From the NCBI GenBank assembly GCA_964579205.1, contig CAZOFH010000005.1, positions 6,870 to 70,869 on the forward strand: a DNA stretch of 64,000 nucleotides. The letters run 5' to 3'. Made by a program: the position numbers and the translations under genes. The stretch comes from an uncultured Christensenella sp. (GTDB lineage Bacteria > Bacillota > Clostridia > Christensenellales > UBA1242). Shown piece after piece: positions 16,201 to 25,654 of the stretch. The notes below the pieces were generated by a model. That model did no database searches and was not told where the DNA came from. It was given only the letters and a program-made list of their open reading frames with translations. The number at the start of each line of letters is the position of its first letter. The first letter of the stretch is position 1.

Positions 16201-19200
16201 TACCAAAGTCGAATTCGCCATTGCTATCAATGCGCGCATTTGCACCGCTACGGTCGATATTGCGAGCCTGATATACATTGCCATTAGGCAGCAAATCGTT
16301 GTATACCAGAGCGGTATTGCTATATGTGCCGTTCGGAGTAAAGAGTTTGTTTACCAAAGCCCCTTGCGACAAGTCACTGCTGAGATACCCTATACTTACC
16401 TCTTTGCCATTGAGCGTCTGCTCGGTCTTGGCTGTTTCGCCACCTTTCACTTGAAACTGCAGTTTGAATGCACCATAGTTGGCAGCGAAGCCCATATCGC
16501 TCAGCATTTCGCTGTAATTGGTGGTGTCAGCAGTCCTGTCGAGTACCATTTTGGTAGTCGCGCCGTAGGTCATATAAATCTTGTACCCTGTAGCACCTAT
16601 GATTTGGTTCCAGCATACTTTACCTGATTTTACATACCAACCATTGAATGAGGCTGTATTGCTCACTTCTGTCCCAGAAAGGACTGGTGTCACAGTGTTT
16701 GGCTCCAATTTGTCGAGTTTGCTGACTAGTACATCCCCGACTACTGCCTGCGAGCCGACTAGATTTTGACCATTACCTAGAGCCTGAGTCGTCACTTGAT
16801 AGAGTTTGTTTGGGGTTAGCAATGTGCTATTCACCTCAAAATAGGTGTTGTTTGCGCCCAAAGTAGTAGTAATAGTATCTCCTGTAGGAGTGTACTGGCT
16901 ACCTGATAGCGTCACTTCTCTAAACTCTAGTTTTACACCCTTTGACGAAGCATTATTGTTGACCACTACCACATTGCTACCCTCTACATTGATAGTAGGT
17001 GCTGAGTAGATAGTCATAATCTGCTTTTTACTCACGCGGCTAGACATCATCAAGTAATTCTTGCCGTCTATTGTCACGCTAGTTTGTCCCTCGTTAGGTA
17101 CAACAGTGACATATACTTGGTACTCACCGCCGAACTCGCCTGTTTCGCTATCGGTAAAGATATCTGCTAGCGTTTTGCCAGTACCGGCAGTCGCGTGATA
17201 CCCTGTAGCAGTGTAGAGGTTGAGTGAGTAGTTTGAGTTTTTGGCTGCGTCATAATCTATGTAGTAGGTCAACTGATTTTCCGTCGCAACTGCTAGTTGG
17301 TCATCGAATTTTTGCAGAGTGACCTTGTACCGAGCAGTGGTGCGCTCTTGCAACACTTGCCAATTTAGCACAGGCTCGCCGTCAGCATTGCTCGATAGAT
17401 ACACACCAGTCGCTTCTGCTAGACGAGTAAAGTACTTTGCCTCAGAAAATTCGCTAGTGATGCGGCGAATAATAGAACCCTCTACACCAGACTTGTACCC
17501 CACCTGCTGGATTTTGATGTAATAATTCATACCAGACCAGTTCGGCGAAATGTTATATGATGCGTTACCACTCGCATCAGCCTGCACTGTAGTGTTGACC
17601 AAAACTTCTTCTCTAGCGAGGTCTGATTTTTGGTAAATCATTACATTAAAATAGCCTTGGCTCTGAGCGTATTCCCCAGCGCTCCATTTGATCAGTTGAT
17701 TTTCATCATCTATTGTAATGTTGCTAGTGCTGATACGAGGTAATTTGAATACCGTCACAGCCGAGCCCGCAGGGTCATTAGGGTTGAGCGTGTATGTCGC
17801 GACATTACTATCATACACCCTGCTCTCGGTACCGTGCAGCGCCTTGATAGTGATAGTGAGCGGGTTGCCGCTACCGCACCAAGTACCCTCATCAGTCAAC
17901 GCACTCAATGTGGTCGAGTTTGTCGACAGAGTAATTACTTCGGTATCGCCGCTGCTATTTTTAATCGTCAACTGATATGACTTTATGATACTAGTGATAT
18001 TGTCTAATGTGACTTGAGAATTCGTCCACGATATCACACCAGAATCGCTAATCGTCAGCACAGGAGTAGCCAACTTGCAGATTTCTAGCCCTTGACTCAT
18101 ATAACTAGAGAGATATGACGCATTGTCACCCTTTGCCTGTACTACAAATTCATAGTTGCCCGCAGTCACCAATTTTTGCCCGAAAATGTGAGTCGAAAAG
18201 TCAAAACTTGGCGCATATTGATTGCTAGGAGTGATATTCTCCTCTACAGCGAGCGGCTCTGATTCACCAGACTTGTACAGGTACACCGTGTACGATTGCA
18301 CCGCTGAGCCTGAGTATGACCACGACAAAGTATTGTCGTTGACCGCCAAATTTATTGGGGTCGGCACGATGCGGATATCCAATTCATCCGAGAATAGCGA
18401 GTTGATGAGATATGTGTCGTCTGTGTCTACTACTGTAGTGTATTCGGTACCAGTGATTTTGGTCTGAATAGAAATCCTATAGTTTTGGCTACTGCTCAAG
18501 TTTGAGAGTACTACCGAGGTGTCATTTATGCTGAGATTGTTAGACAATTCAGCATCATTTAGTTTGATAACGTAGCGGATGCCAGTGTTTTCCAGACCAA
18601 TGTTCACATCCTCCACCTTATCCCACACCAGCACACCATCTAGCACGCGCAAATTCTTTGGCGCATCCATTTGATACGTCTTGATAGTGTCTGACCAGTC
18701 ACCGTTTACATAGTCTACACCAGTAGTGTTTGTGTTGATAGCACGGAGGCTAAAACTATAAAATCCGTCGCCGTCCAAATCATCTAGCGCTTCCGCAATA
18801 GACAGAGTCGATGAAGCTGACTGAATAGTTTTGAGCGTAATATCCTCTTCGCCAGTGTGCGCAATTCTAATTTCCACCGCACTCGCATTGATTCTATTCC
18901 CCGCATCATCTAGCAGCCCTGATGAGCCGCCCCATGTCAGGTTGCCATCGCTAATCGACATCGAAGATTTGGCAATCTTGTTGTAACGGTCTACACGCAT
19001 AGCGCTACTAGTCAGACTGTCGATAAAGTATGTATCGGTATTTTTTGCATACATAGAGATATCAGCATAACTTTGCGAATTAAAGTCCGCGCTAGTAGGT
19101 GAATAACTGTAGTTAGTTTGATTTTCCACACTAGCGATATCCACTGTCTTACCATTGCCAAAATTGATGGTGTATGTCTCAGCATTAGCGACTGCATCCC

Positions 19201-20887
19201 ACGTTAGCACACCTTTTGAAACCTTTAACACAGGAGTCGCAAGTTTTATCAATTTTTGCTCAGCAATACGGATTGGGCTATCCTCATACATACTGTGAGG
19301 CTCGGCTACTGCTACGATTTTTATGTAATTGTCGCCAATATTCCAGATAGACTCACCAGCACCGTTTAATGTGTTAAACCCTAGTGAGTACCTTGGCTCA
19401 GTCGTGTTGTAACTCCTAGCGAGGTCGCCCGCGGTCAGGTAATTGAGATTGTTGTTACTAATATATACCTTGTATTCTTGGGCATTGCTGACAGCACCCC
19501 AAGTGATAGTATAACTAGAATAGTTATCGCTAGAGATATTTACTTCGCCTTTTATGCTACCCAACTGCTGTTTGGCACAGCCACTGCTGTCACTATCCAT
19601 TAGCACCCGAGCCGTGTTGCTAGTGCCGAGCGCGTACAAGAATACTTCATAAGAGTCATATGTCGCTGGCACATCGGCGAGAGTAGACATATCAAATGAT
19701 GTTTTACCCCACGCGTCAAAGGTCTCAATTATTGTCTTTATCACGTCTTGGCTACTGTTTTTGTAGACTACTTTTAGTTTGTACTGGTCGGCATTTGGCA
19801 CATTCTTCCATGTGAGGAGATTTTTGATAGAAGTACCATCGTTGATTGCAGATACTAGCAGATTGCTAGGGGCACTGAGTTTGCCAACTTGAATACGATC
19901 TGCAGTCTCAATCCCTGAGCCAAACACATTGCTAGCCGTGTCGGTTTTTGTGCCGAAAATCAGATATACAGGGTCATTGGCTATAGTGTCTGGAATGTCG
20001 ATTTTGGCTACTTTTTTGCCGTCATTATCCACGATATCAGCCGCGGCTATCGCCTCGTCCCAGATTTGCTGCTGAGTCGGATTGATAGTGGCACTACCCG
20101 AAACTGGGATGATTTTGTACATATAATCAGAGATTTGAGTAGTGTTGTTTGCCAATGTAAAACTCAAGACATATTGCCTGTCTTGGTCTGCTGTAACGTC
20201 TCCTATCGCCTCAATTTTGAGGTCAGTAGGGTTACCTAGTTTGGTAAATCCAAAAGGAGCCGTACTGTCCGAATTGTTGTACAAAATATTCTCATCGTCA
20301 CCCAAAGTACGCAAAACCACACTATAGTCACCATAAGAAAAATTTGAGTAATATGTCGCAGTAGTCACCACTTTTTCTAGTGTTTCGCCGTCACGCGTAA
20401 TGGTCAGTTCGTACTTTGGCGCAAAACTGGTAGAACTCTTGACTGTGACCGCTTCCCAAGACATTCCCGTACCATCAAAACGCGGATTGGTAGGCTTTGA
20501 GAGAGTCTCTTTTTCGTTGACTACCTTTATCTCAGCCACATCAGAGAGCGCGTTTTTGTTGTCCAGAGATTTTATAGTAATGTAGCAAGAGCCCGACCCC
20601 ACCGCCGTAACCACACCGTACTTGTCCACGGTCGCGACTGAAGGGTTGCTACTAGAAAACGCGACCGTCTTGTTGGTCGCCTCTAGCGGCTCAAAGGAGT
20701 ATTTGAGCGCGTACGTTGTATCGCGCACTAGCGGCACACTCTTTGACTCAGGGTCGAGCGACACGCTAGACACATACACCCTATTATCAATATTGATTTC
20801 TGGGGTCTCTTCTTCGCTACAAGCCGCCAGCATTGGCACCATAAATAGCACCATTACGACCAGCAGCAAGTTTTTAAACTTTGACAT
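13211..20887 (-). CDS. Giant (2558 aa) surface lipoprotein with a Big_2-like domain, at least 10 FN3-like modules and a C-terminal GLUG-motif region
   Basis: The start is set at 'MSKFKNLLLVVMVLFMVPMLAAC|SEE' (lipobox; AGGAG upstream; ATG at 20887). The Big_2-like segment reads '..AFSSSNPSVATVDKYGVVTAVGSGSCYITIKS'. There is a recurrent '[LI]xW..V..A..Y.[VI]' module signature. The C-terminal part has GG[IL][AIV]G repeats: IGGIAGVV, VGGIVGMN, AGGIAGAS and LGGIIGFV. Confidence 0.8.
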   Translation of the reverse strand: MSKFKNLLLVVMVLFMVPMLAACSEEETPEINIDNRVYVSSVSLDPESKSVPLVRDTTYALKYSFEPLEATNKTVAFSSSNPSVATVDKYGVVTAVGSGSCYITIKSLDNKNALSDVAEIKVVNEKETLSKPTNPRFDGTGMSWEAVTVKSSTSFAPKYELTITRDGETLEKVVTTATYYSNFSYGDYSVVLRTLGDDENILYNNSDSTAPFGFTKLGNPTDLKIEAIGDVTADQDRQYVLSFTLANNTTQISDYMYKIIPVSGSATINPTQQQIWDEAIAAADIVDNDGKKVAKIDIPDTIANDPVYLIFGTKTDTASNVFGSGIETADRIQVGKLSAPSNLLVSAINDGTSIKNLLTWKNVPNADQYKLKVVYKNSSQDVIKTIIETFDAWGKTSFDMSTLADVPATYDSYEVFLYALGTSNTARVLMDSDSSGCAKQQLGSIKGEVNISSDNYSSYTITWGAVSNAQEYKVYISNNNLNYLTAGDLARSYNTTEPRYSLGFNTLNGAGESIWNIGDNYIKIVAVAEPHSMYEDSPIRIAEQKLIKLATPVLKVSKGVLTWDAVANAETYTINFGNGKTVDIASVENQTNYSYSPTSADFNSQSYADISMYAKNTDTYFIDSLTSSAMRVDRYNKIAKSSMSISDGNLTWGGSSGLLDDAGNRINASAVEIRIAHTGEEDITLKTIQSASSTLSIAEALDDLDGDGFYSFSLRAINTNTTGVDYVNGDWSDTIKTYQMDAPKNLRVLDGVLVWDKVEDVNIGLENTGIRYVIKLNDAELSNNLSINDTSVVLSNLSSSQNYRISIQTKITGTEYTTVVDTDDTYLINSLFSDELDIRIVPTPINLAVNDNTLSWSYSGSAVQSYTVYLYKSGESEPLAVEENITPSNQYAPSFDFSTHIFGQKLVTAGNYEFVVQAKGDNASYLSSYMSQGLEICKLATPVLTISDSGVISWTNSQVTLDNITSIIKSYQLTIKNSSGDTEVITLSTNSTTLSALTDEGTWCGSGNPLTITIKALHGTESRVYDSNVATYTLNPNDPAGSAVTVFKLPRISTSNITIDDENQLIKWSAGEYAQSQGYFNVMIYQKSDLAREEVLVNTTVQADASGNASYNISPNWSGMNYYIKIQQVGYKSGVEGSIIRRITSEFSEAKYFTRLAEATGVYLSSNADGEPVLNWQVLQERTTARYKVTLQKFDDQLAVATENQLTYYIDYDAAKNSNYSLNLYTATGYHATAGTGKTLADIFTDSETGEFGGEYQVYVTVVPNEGQTSVTIDGKNYLMMSSRVSKKQIMTIYSAPTINVEGSNVVVVNNNASSKGVKLEFREVTLSGSQYTPTGDTITTTLGANNTYFEVNSTLLTPNKLYQVTTQALGNGQNLVGSQAVVGDVLVSKLDKLEPNTVTPVLSGTEVSNTASFNGWYVKSGKVCWNQIIGATGYKIYMTYGATTKMVLDRTADTTNYSEMLSDMGFAANYGAFKLQFQVKGGETAKTEQTLNGKEVSIGYLSSDLSQGALVNKLFTPNGTYSNTALVYNDLLPNGNVYQARNIDRSGANARIDSNGEFDFGIRDGGGDWIGFTGATKYALSISGVGTTVENFSPIEFDLSDQTANRFVASDVFGTDNGEFSVSMYAIGNDWYGNTANPIYLTSDAQNSFKIIYGGAVQDLGVADGNITWTDEILLNNYDLKYKVNGASEYQNVILNKSAFDFEGADFVGLKGQIIDEVYVRIKGIPTVGSTAIEGYVNANWNANPLTKLMKLPDLGTQIMGSGEDAESMILYIDEDGRLAWIETEELRTLQTANDVNFKLSISREITLGENEIVQPETVDTENLSEQKCTMPRVPESVSSDGATYIYHIKAHIKGSGANNIILAESRKNETDPSILFLNSTTYEFSAGKLNDPKAGSFKLDQLNGKVRISWDLEGCGISIINNSQEEKIEADRILIKYYLNNNMTKLEKLPLNAKDYKFDDELNLNSQKGGTAFWQLGTFRNMEMSVVNSKGKAFGSQAIALDVAEVVFDCFESGTGTRNDPFVVASVEQLQYVFWLPEKYFRLKNDIVLPDLDELKQTYSAATTNIMYPAEFYDNNSGAAPKYTNLNFRGGFDGAGFAIKNYQVVESQGMYIWNALTGTVLDPIIMGDGSEYDDTAFQNYSGIITNLTVEVNTLDASGLRAINNGILVSNNAGVIYNCHIKGDDAKVNESGNRVDVVSGRFVAPQVINGTTINYCIGGIAGVVSDQKIWAGVLNYGTENVRHLYNQGFVGVIEKCTNMLDLKIYSDTCDTLFVGGIVGMNNNGKVIDCVNGSSAMDENNNSGAVCGIFAGGIAGASIGIAYDAPSELTEAKYTSVQYYSYNYGCKNYGTITSSDINSEDALSAAAGITGMMGYGYSTYSVNYGTITTDGKQAMLGGIIGFVENGAYIASTISAGIIRYNEFYVTSAATGETEPTTIYAGLICGGATGTGVIYNSVITTNFIKSYPTIGSTPTSASSYYCSTDSITESNLKSYSDVNNQTLEELQSSAHINDREIAVYDSSLNVAFTNLAGLYPRFKRVEVTTGEYEWSIEWTTEHA

Positions 20888-21129
20888 ATGTTTATCTCCT
20901 ATTTTTCTTATGTTGCCTAAAAACTCACAAAAAAATGCAATTATTTGTCCCAAATTTGCTATATTTGTCCGATTTTGTACCATTTGATACAAATTTTGCC
21001 CAAAAGTCAAACACAACAAATCAAAATAATACACCTTAATTGTATCAAATTACAAAAATTTATGCAACAAAAATAGTACCCTGTTACAAAATTTTTTTAC
21101 TATTTATTTTTTTGATTTTTGAGAGAAAC

Positions 21130-23844
21130 CTACTCCGCTCTTTTGCCACAGGCTTTGCATTTCTTGGTCAAAAAGTTTAGTTTGCCACCACAATTTGAAC
21201 AGATGCCACGCTGCTTTAGGTTAGCCTTTAGGCGCGACAAATCCGCTATTGCAGTTTGGTTGCCATAGCCTGCAGATTTTGTATACCAGCGCACCGCCTC
21301 TATGTAGTCCTGCTCGACGCCCTTGCCCTTTGCGTAATAATCAGCCAGCATACACTGCGCGTGTGAATTGTCGTGCTCAGCAGCCTTTCTGTACCACTCG
21401 GCTGCTATGCGATAATCTTGCTCTACCCCGTCGCCAACATTGTAGCAATCAGCCAATCGGCACTGCGCTTCGGCATCATTTTGGTCAGCGGCGTTTTTAT
21501 ACCACCCTAGTAACCTACCGAAATCCCACTTTGAGCCATCCTCGCCAAAGTTTTCCTTGTACACCTTTGCTTGCTCGAGAATATCCATTCCTGCATTTTC
21601 GACAGCAATATAATAATCCACCGCCGTGCGATAGTTTTGTTCCACACCCTTGCCGTCCGCATAGCATACCGCTAAACAAAACTTCGCCTCTGTATCGTCA
21701 TTTTTGCGCACAAGCGCATCGTATAGCCAAAATGCAGTGCCCCAATCTTGCGCCACCCCCTCACCTTTTGCATAACACCCCGCTAACATATACTTGGCGT
21801 ACACATCGCCATAATCCGACGCCTTTTTGTACCACTTGGCAGCCTCGACAAAGTCCTGTTCTATGCCGCGACCATAATAATAACAATCGGCGAGTCGCCC
21901 AAGCGAACGACAATTCACAGAGCAGCGCTCCGCCGCCTTGAGAAATAATTCACCAGCCTTTGCATAATCCTGCTCGACGCCATTACCTGTAAAATAACAT
22001 TCAGCCAAACGGTCCTGAGCCAAATATAGCCCCTCACTAGCGGCTTTTTGGTACCAGTCTATCACTATTTGAGCATCCCACTCAGCATCCTCATCCCCGC
22101 AAAAGACTGCATACAGTTCTTTTTGCTGCGCAAGGTCGACCGCTTCTTCTGCATCGATATACCACTGTGCCGCAGTGCTATAACTTTGCTCCACGCCCTT
22201 GCCATATGCGTAACACAATGCCAAGCAAAAGTAGGATTTTTTATCACTGCCATAGTGCGTTAGTTTTTGATAAATTTGCGCAGCCTTTGCATAATCCTGC
22301 TCAACACCGTCGCCCGAGCAATAGCGCCCCGCCAGTTCAAACTGCTCTACAATCTCCTGAGCCGCCCTTTCGTTCCATTGGTCGGGCACAGCACTTTTCC
22401 ACGATACTTTACCCTTACCAAATAAATTATTATAAATTCCGCATTCCTCAAAAGCACATACGCTAGGTCGAGCCCCATTATACCAGCACACTGCTTTGAC
22501 ATAATCACGCTCCACACCTTTACCTTCGGCATAACAAACCGCCAAACAAAATTTTGCGTATCCATCCCCCATTTCTGCGGCGCGAGCGAACCATTTTGCC
22601 GCTTCTTTGTAATCTTGCTCAACGCCATCACCGATTGCATAAAAGCATCCTAGATAATAGGCTGCTCCCCTATAGCCTAGTTCCGCCGATTTTTTGTAAT
22701 ACTCAAAGGCTTTTTCGTAGTTTTGTGGGACACCATAACCGAATTTGTAGCAACGCCCCAACTCAATCATTTCTCTCGCTTGTTCTGCCCCGCAATACTC
22801 GACCGCTTTGGTAAAACACTCCACGGCTTTGCTATAATCTTGGTGCTCACCCTGTTTATAAAAACAATGCCCCATAGAAATAATAGCATAAACATCACCA
22901 CGATCAAAAGCCTTTAAATACCATTCCGCCGCCTTATCAAAATCTTTGGCATAATTTTTTCCGCCATATTTATAGCAAGCCCCCATTTCACGCATCGCCA
23001 ATGGATACCCTTGCTCGGCTGCTTTTGCAAACCATTCTATCGCATTATCCCTCTTGCTTTTGCTAGCAGAACCATTATAAACATCGCAATGCCCGACCAT
23101 ATATTGCGAATAGGCATCTCCCTGCTCGGCGGCACGCTGATAGCAGGCTATCGCTTGCTTGCGTAATGCCCGTTTTTTGGTATTATCATTCTCAACATAC
23201 CTGCTACACCCATACAAATCAGACAGCCGCAACAGAGCCTTTACATATCCACACTCCGCCAATTCGGTATAAATCCTCACCGCGGTAACGCTGTCTGCCT
23301 CCACTCCTTGTCCTCCGTAATAACACACCGCCAACATAAATTGGGCATACATATCTCCGTGCTCTGCTAGATGCTCAAAATTCTCAAATGCACGCCTGTA
23401 CCATTCATCCCTTTGGGCTATATCCTCTTTCACCCAAATACCAAAATTACAAAATCTCGCCAGCGCGTACTGGGCAAAAGCATCCCCCCGCTCGGCTGCG
23501 CGCGTATAATATTCTACCGCCCGATTGGTATGCGGCTCAATACCAAAATTTTCTTCGTAACAATATCCCGCATTGTACTGAGCGACCTTATCCCCCATAT
23601 CTGCGGCAGTAATAAAATACCCCAACGCTTTGCGATAGTCTTGGGGCACGCCCCTGCCGTAAAAATAACAAATACCAAGATTGTTGACACTTGTCGCAGA
23701 ATTATAATCGACATTTTGGCAATTATCAGCAAAAGTCGCCTTGTCCAGCGGATAAAAATCAATATCCCCGATGCGAATACTCCTCTCTTGGGAATAAAAA
23801 GTATTGTCTATGGCGTTTTGCATCGCGATAATTTTGCTCGACAT
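21130..23844 (-). CDS. Sel1-like repeat (SLR/TPR-family) protein of 904 aa with a C-terminal zinc ribbon
   Basis: About 20 repeats of the form 'G.GV.QDY.KA..WY.KAAE.GD..AQ..LA.CY'. The C-terminus is 'CSNCGGKLNFLTKKCKACGK'. No signal peptide is evident. Confidence 0.85.
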   Translation of the reverse strand: MSSKIIAMQNAIDNTFYSQERSIRIGDIDFYPLDKATFADNCQNVDYNSATSVNNLGICYFYGRGVPQDYRKALGYFITAADMGDKVAQYNAGYCYEENFGIEPHTNRAVEYYTRAAERGDAFAQYALARFCNFGIWVKEDIAQRDEWYRRAFENFEHLAEHGDMYAQFMLAVCYYGGQGVEADSVTAVRIYTELAECGYVKALLRLSDLYGCSRYVENDNTKKRALRKQAIACYQRAAEQGDAYSQYMVGHCDVYNGSASKSKRDNAIEWFAKAAEQGYPLAMREMGACYKYGGKNYAKDFDKAAEWYLKAFDRGDVYAIISMGHCFYKQGEHQDYSKAVECFTKAVEYCGAEQAREMIELGRCYKFGYGVPQNYEKAFEYYKKSAELGYRGAAYYLGCFYAIGDGVEQDYKEAAKWFARAAEMGDGYAKFCLAVCYAEGKGVERDYVKAVCWYNGARPSVCAFEECGIYNNLFGKGKVSWKSAVPDQWNERAAQEIVEQFELAGRYCSGDGVEQDYAKAAQIYQKLTHYGSDKKSYFCLALCYAYGKGVEQSYSTAAQWYIDAEEAVDLAQQKELYAVFCGDEDAEWDAQIVIDWYQKAASEGLYLAQDRLAECYFTGNGVEQDYAKAGELFLKAAERCSVNCRSLGRLADCYYYGRGIEQDFVEAAKWYKKASDYGDVYAKYMLAGCYAKGEGVAQDWGTAFWLYDALVRKNDDTEAKFCLAVCYADGKGVEQNYRTAVDYYIAVENAGMDILEQAKVYKENFGEDGSKWDFGRLLGWYKNAADQNDAEAQCRLADCYNVGDGVEQDYRIAAEWYRKAAEHDNSHAQCMLADYYAKGKGVEQDYIEAVRWYTKSAGYGNQTAIADLSRLKANLKQRGICSNCGGKLNFLTKKCKACGKRAE

Positions 23845-24006
23845 AACGCATCCACCTCCTCGAGTGATTTATTTAAGTTGATTATATCACACAACAATCG
23901 TCAAGGCAAACGTTCTGCTGATATTCGTTCGCCAACAATGCAATACAAAAACAAACAAAAAACGGCTCCCAAAGCGACCTGCGTCACTGCCAAAGCCGTG
24001 TAAAAA

Positions 24007-24083
24007 TGGTGCTCCCGAGCCGATTCGAACGGCTGACCTTTGCCTTAGGAGGGCACTGCTCTATCCATCTGAGCTACGAGAGC
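24007..24083 (-). tRNA. tRNA-Arg (anticodon CCU) with encoded CCA
   Basis: The reverse complement is GCTCTCGTAGCTCAGATGGATAGAGCAGTGCCCTCCTAAGGCAAAGGTCAGCCGTTCGAATCGGCTCGGGAGCACCA. It folds as a cloverleaf with a 7-bp acceptor stem, a GTTCGAATC T-loop and the anticodon loop CU-CCU-AA. Confidence 0.9.
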
Positions 24084-24344
24084 AAGAAATCACATTAGCA
24101 AGGGAAACTAATTGAGCCTATCTACCGCCTGCTCGAATAAACCAACCAGTATAATCCGAACATAGTTATCTCAACTCGCCCTGCTTGTCTTGTAATATTT
24201 TTATTATACCAAATAATAGGCGAAATGTCAAATCAAAATCGCTGTTTTGCGCATTTCTCTAATAATTTGGTACAATTTGCGCGCAAAATATGGCTTTTCG
24301 AGCGGATTTGTGATATACTAAGTAAAATCTTTGAGGAGCAAGAG

Positions 24345-25469
24345 ATGCAAAAAATTTTGGAGCAATGGCAATTTTGCCAAGAAATCATCAAAATCACGCT
24401 GAGCGACACCACGACATACGACTACAAAAAGGTAATCATACACCCAGTTTGTATCAAAAATCAGGTACTATGGCAAATAGAAAAGCACACGGCGGACAAG
24501 GTCTATCACAGCAATGTCACGGCGGATGCGGTGCAAGAATTTTTGAGCGACTTTGGCGGACAGTTTCGGCAGATAACCTTTTACTACCCTGATAAAACAA
24601 TAATTTTTGCAAAACGCGGGAACACTTATCACGCAAAGACTACCGAGGTAGCGCTCGCGGCGCGCACGCAAGGTCACAACCGCGAAAAGCACTATATTCT
24701 AGCCGAAGGTGACCAAATTCCTGCCTTTGTCGACCTCGGGATTTTCAATAGCGACTACACCATTGCCAAGGCAAAATTTGACAAATTCAAGCAGATTAAC
24801 CGTTTCGTAGAAATTCTCGATGAGGCTATCAAGGACAAGCCTAGTGATGAATTTGTGGTGCTTGATTTTGGGTGTGGCAAGTCGTATTTGACCTTTATAA
24901 TTTATTACTACTTGACGCAAGTACGCCACATCAAGGCAAAAATCATCGGCTACGACCTAAAAGAGGACGTGGTGGACAAGTGCAATCAAATCGCGCAAAA
25001 GTACGGCTATGACAACCTCAAATTTTATGTCAACGACGTGTCAAAAGGCGCGCTGTATGAGGGGAAGATTGATATGATCGTCACCCTGCACGCTTGCGAC
25101 ACTGCCACCGACTACGCCCTCGACTATGCTATCAAAAATGAGGTCAAGTATATTTTTAGCGTGCCGTGCTGCCAGCACGAAATCAACCAGCAAATCGCAC
25201 CAAACGGCGACTACGACATCCTACTAAAACACGGGCTGATAAAAGAACGCTTCTCCGCCCTACTGACTGACGCGATACGGGCAGAAATCCTTTCGCAACA
25301 CGGCTACACGGTAGATTTGCTAGAATTTGTCGACTTTGCCAACTCGCCCAAAAACATACTTTTTAGAGCGAAAAAGACAACCAAGTCAAAGCCGCAGAAT
25401 TTTGACATTGCGGCGATTTGTGCTCGATATGGCTTTGAGCAGACACTGTTTAAACTGACCCAAAAGTAG
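24345..25469 (+). CDS. Class I SAM-dependent methyltransferase
   Basis: Motif I is 'VVLDFGCGKSYLTF' and post-I is 'IIGYDL'. Start set at the ATG at 24345 after GAGGAG. The substrate is unknown. Confidence 0.7.
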   Translation: MQKILEQWQFCQEIIKITLSDTTTYDYKKVIIHPVCIKNQVLWQIEKHTADKVYHSNVTADAVQEFLSDFGGQFRQITFYYPDKTIIFAKRGNTYHAKTTEVALAARTQGHNREKHYILAEGDQIPAFVDLGIFNSDYTIAKAKFDKFKQINRFVEILDEAIKDKPSDEFVVLDFGCGKSYLTFIIYYYLTQVRHIKAKIIGYDLKEDVVDKCNQIAQKYGYDNLKFYVNDVSKGALYEGKIDMIVTLHACDTATDYALDYAIKNEVKYIFSVPCCQHEINQQIAPNGDYDILLKHGLIKERFSALLTDAIRAEILSQHGYTVDLLEFVDFANSPKNILFRAKKTTKSKPQNFDIAAICARYGFEQTLFKLTQK

Positions 25470-25507
25470 TAACATCGGAGCAAATTATCGAGTTATCAAT
25501 ATAACGT

Positions 25508-25545
25508 CAAAAACCACGGCAAGATGCCGCGGTTTTTGATTATAA
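25508..25545. terminator. Bidirectional terminator between the methyltransferase and DivIVA-domain genes
   Basis: AAAAACCACGGCA-aga-TGCCGCGGTTTTT with one mismatch. Confidence 0.6.
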
Positions 25546-25654
25546 TCCCCCTTACCCCAAAAAACTATTTTTTAACAAAAAAAGAGCAAATTCTCTACAC
25601 CAAAAGCGAATCGAAAATCTCTCTTTTTAAGCCCTAGACTAGATACTAACCAAA

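Noticed and set aside
20888-21034. A 49-codon N-terminal extension of the giant ORF (MYYFDLLCLTF...).
   Set aside because: An internal ATG at 20887, preceded by AGGAG, begins a textbook lipoprotein signal peptide. The extension has no RBS and is AT-rich promoter-like DNA.
21249-21941. Long antisense or overlapping ORFs in the track, for example 21249..21941+, 1462..2178+, 43368..44276+, 38068..38724+, 61495..62376+, 27860..28603+ and 51518..52162+.
   Set aside because: Each lies opposite a gene with unmistakable homology (Sel1, ssb/rpsF, rpoB, tyrS and others). Their translations are low-complexity or Arg/Ser/Leu/His-rich, as is typical of shadow frames, and they have no RBS.
13130-24090. 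Whether the giant adhesin plus Sel1 block next to tRNA-Arg is a genomic island.
   Set aside because: I saw no integrase, no direct repeat of the tRNA 3' end, and no obvious compositional break by eye. Testing this would need whole-genome comparison.
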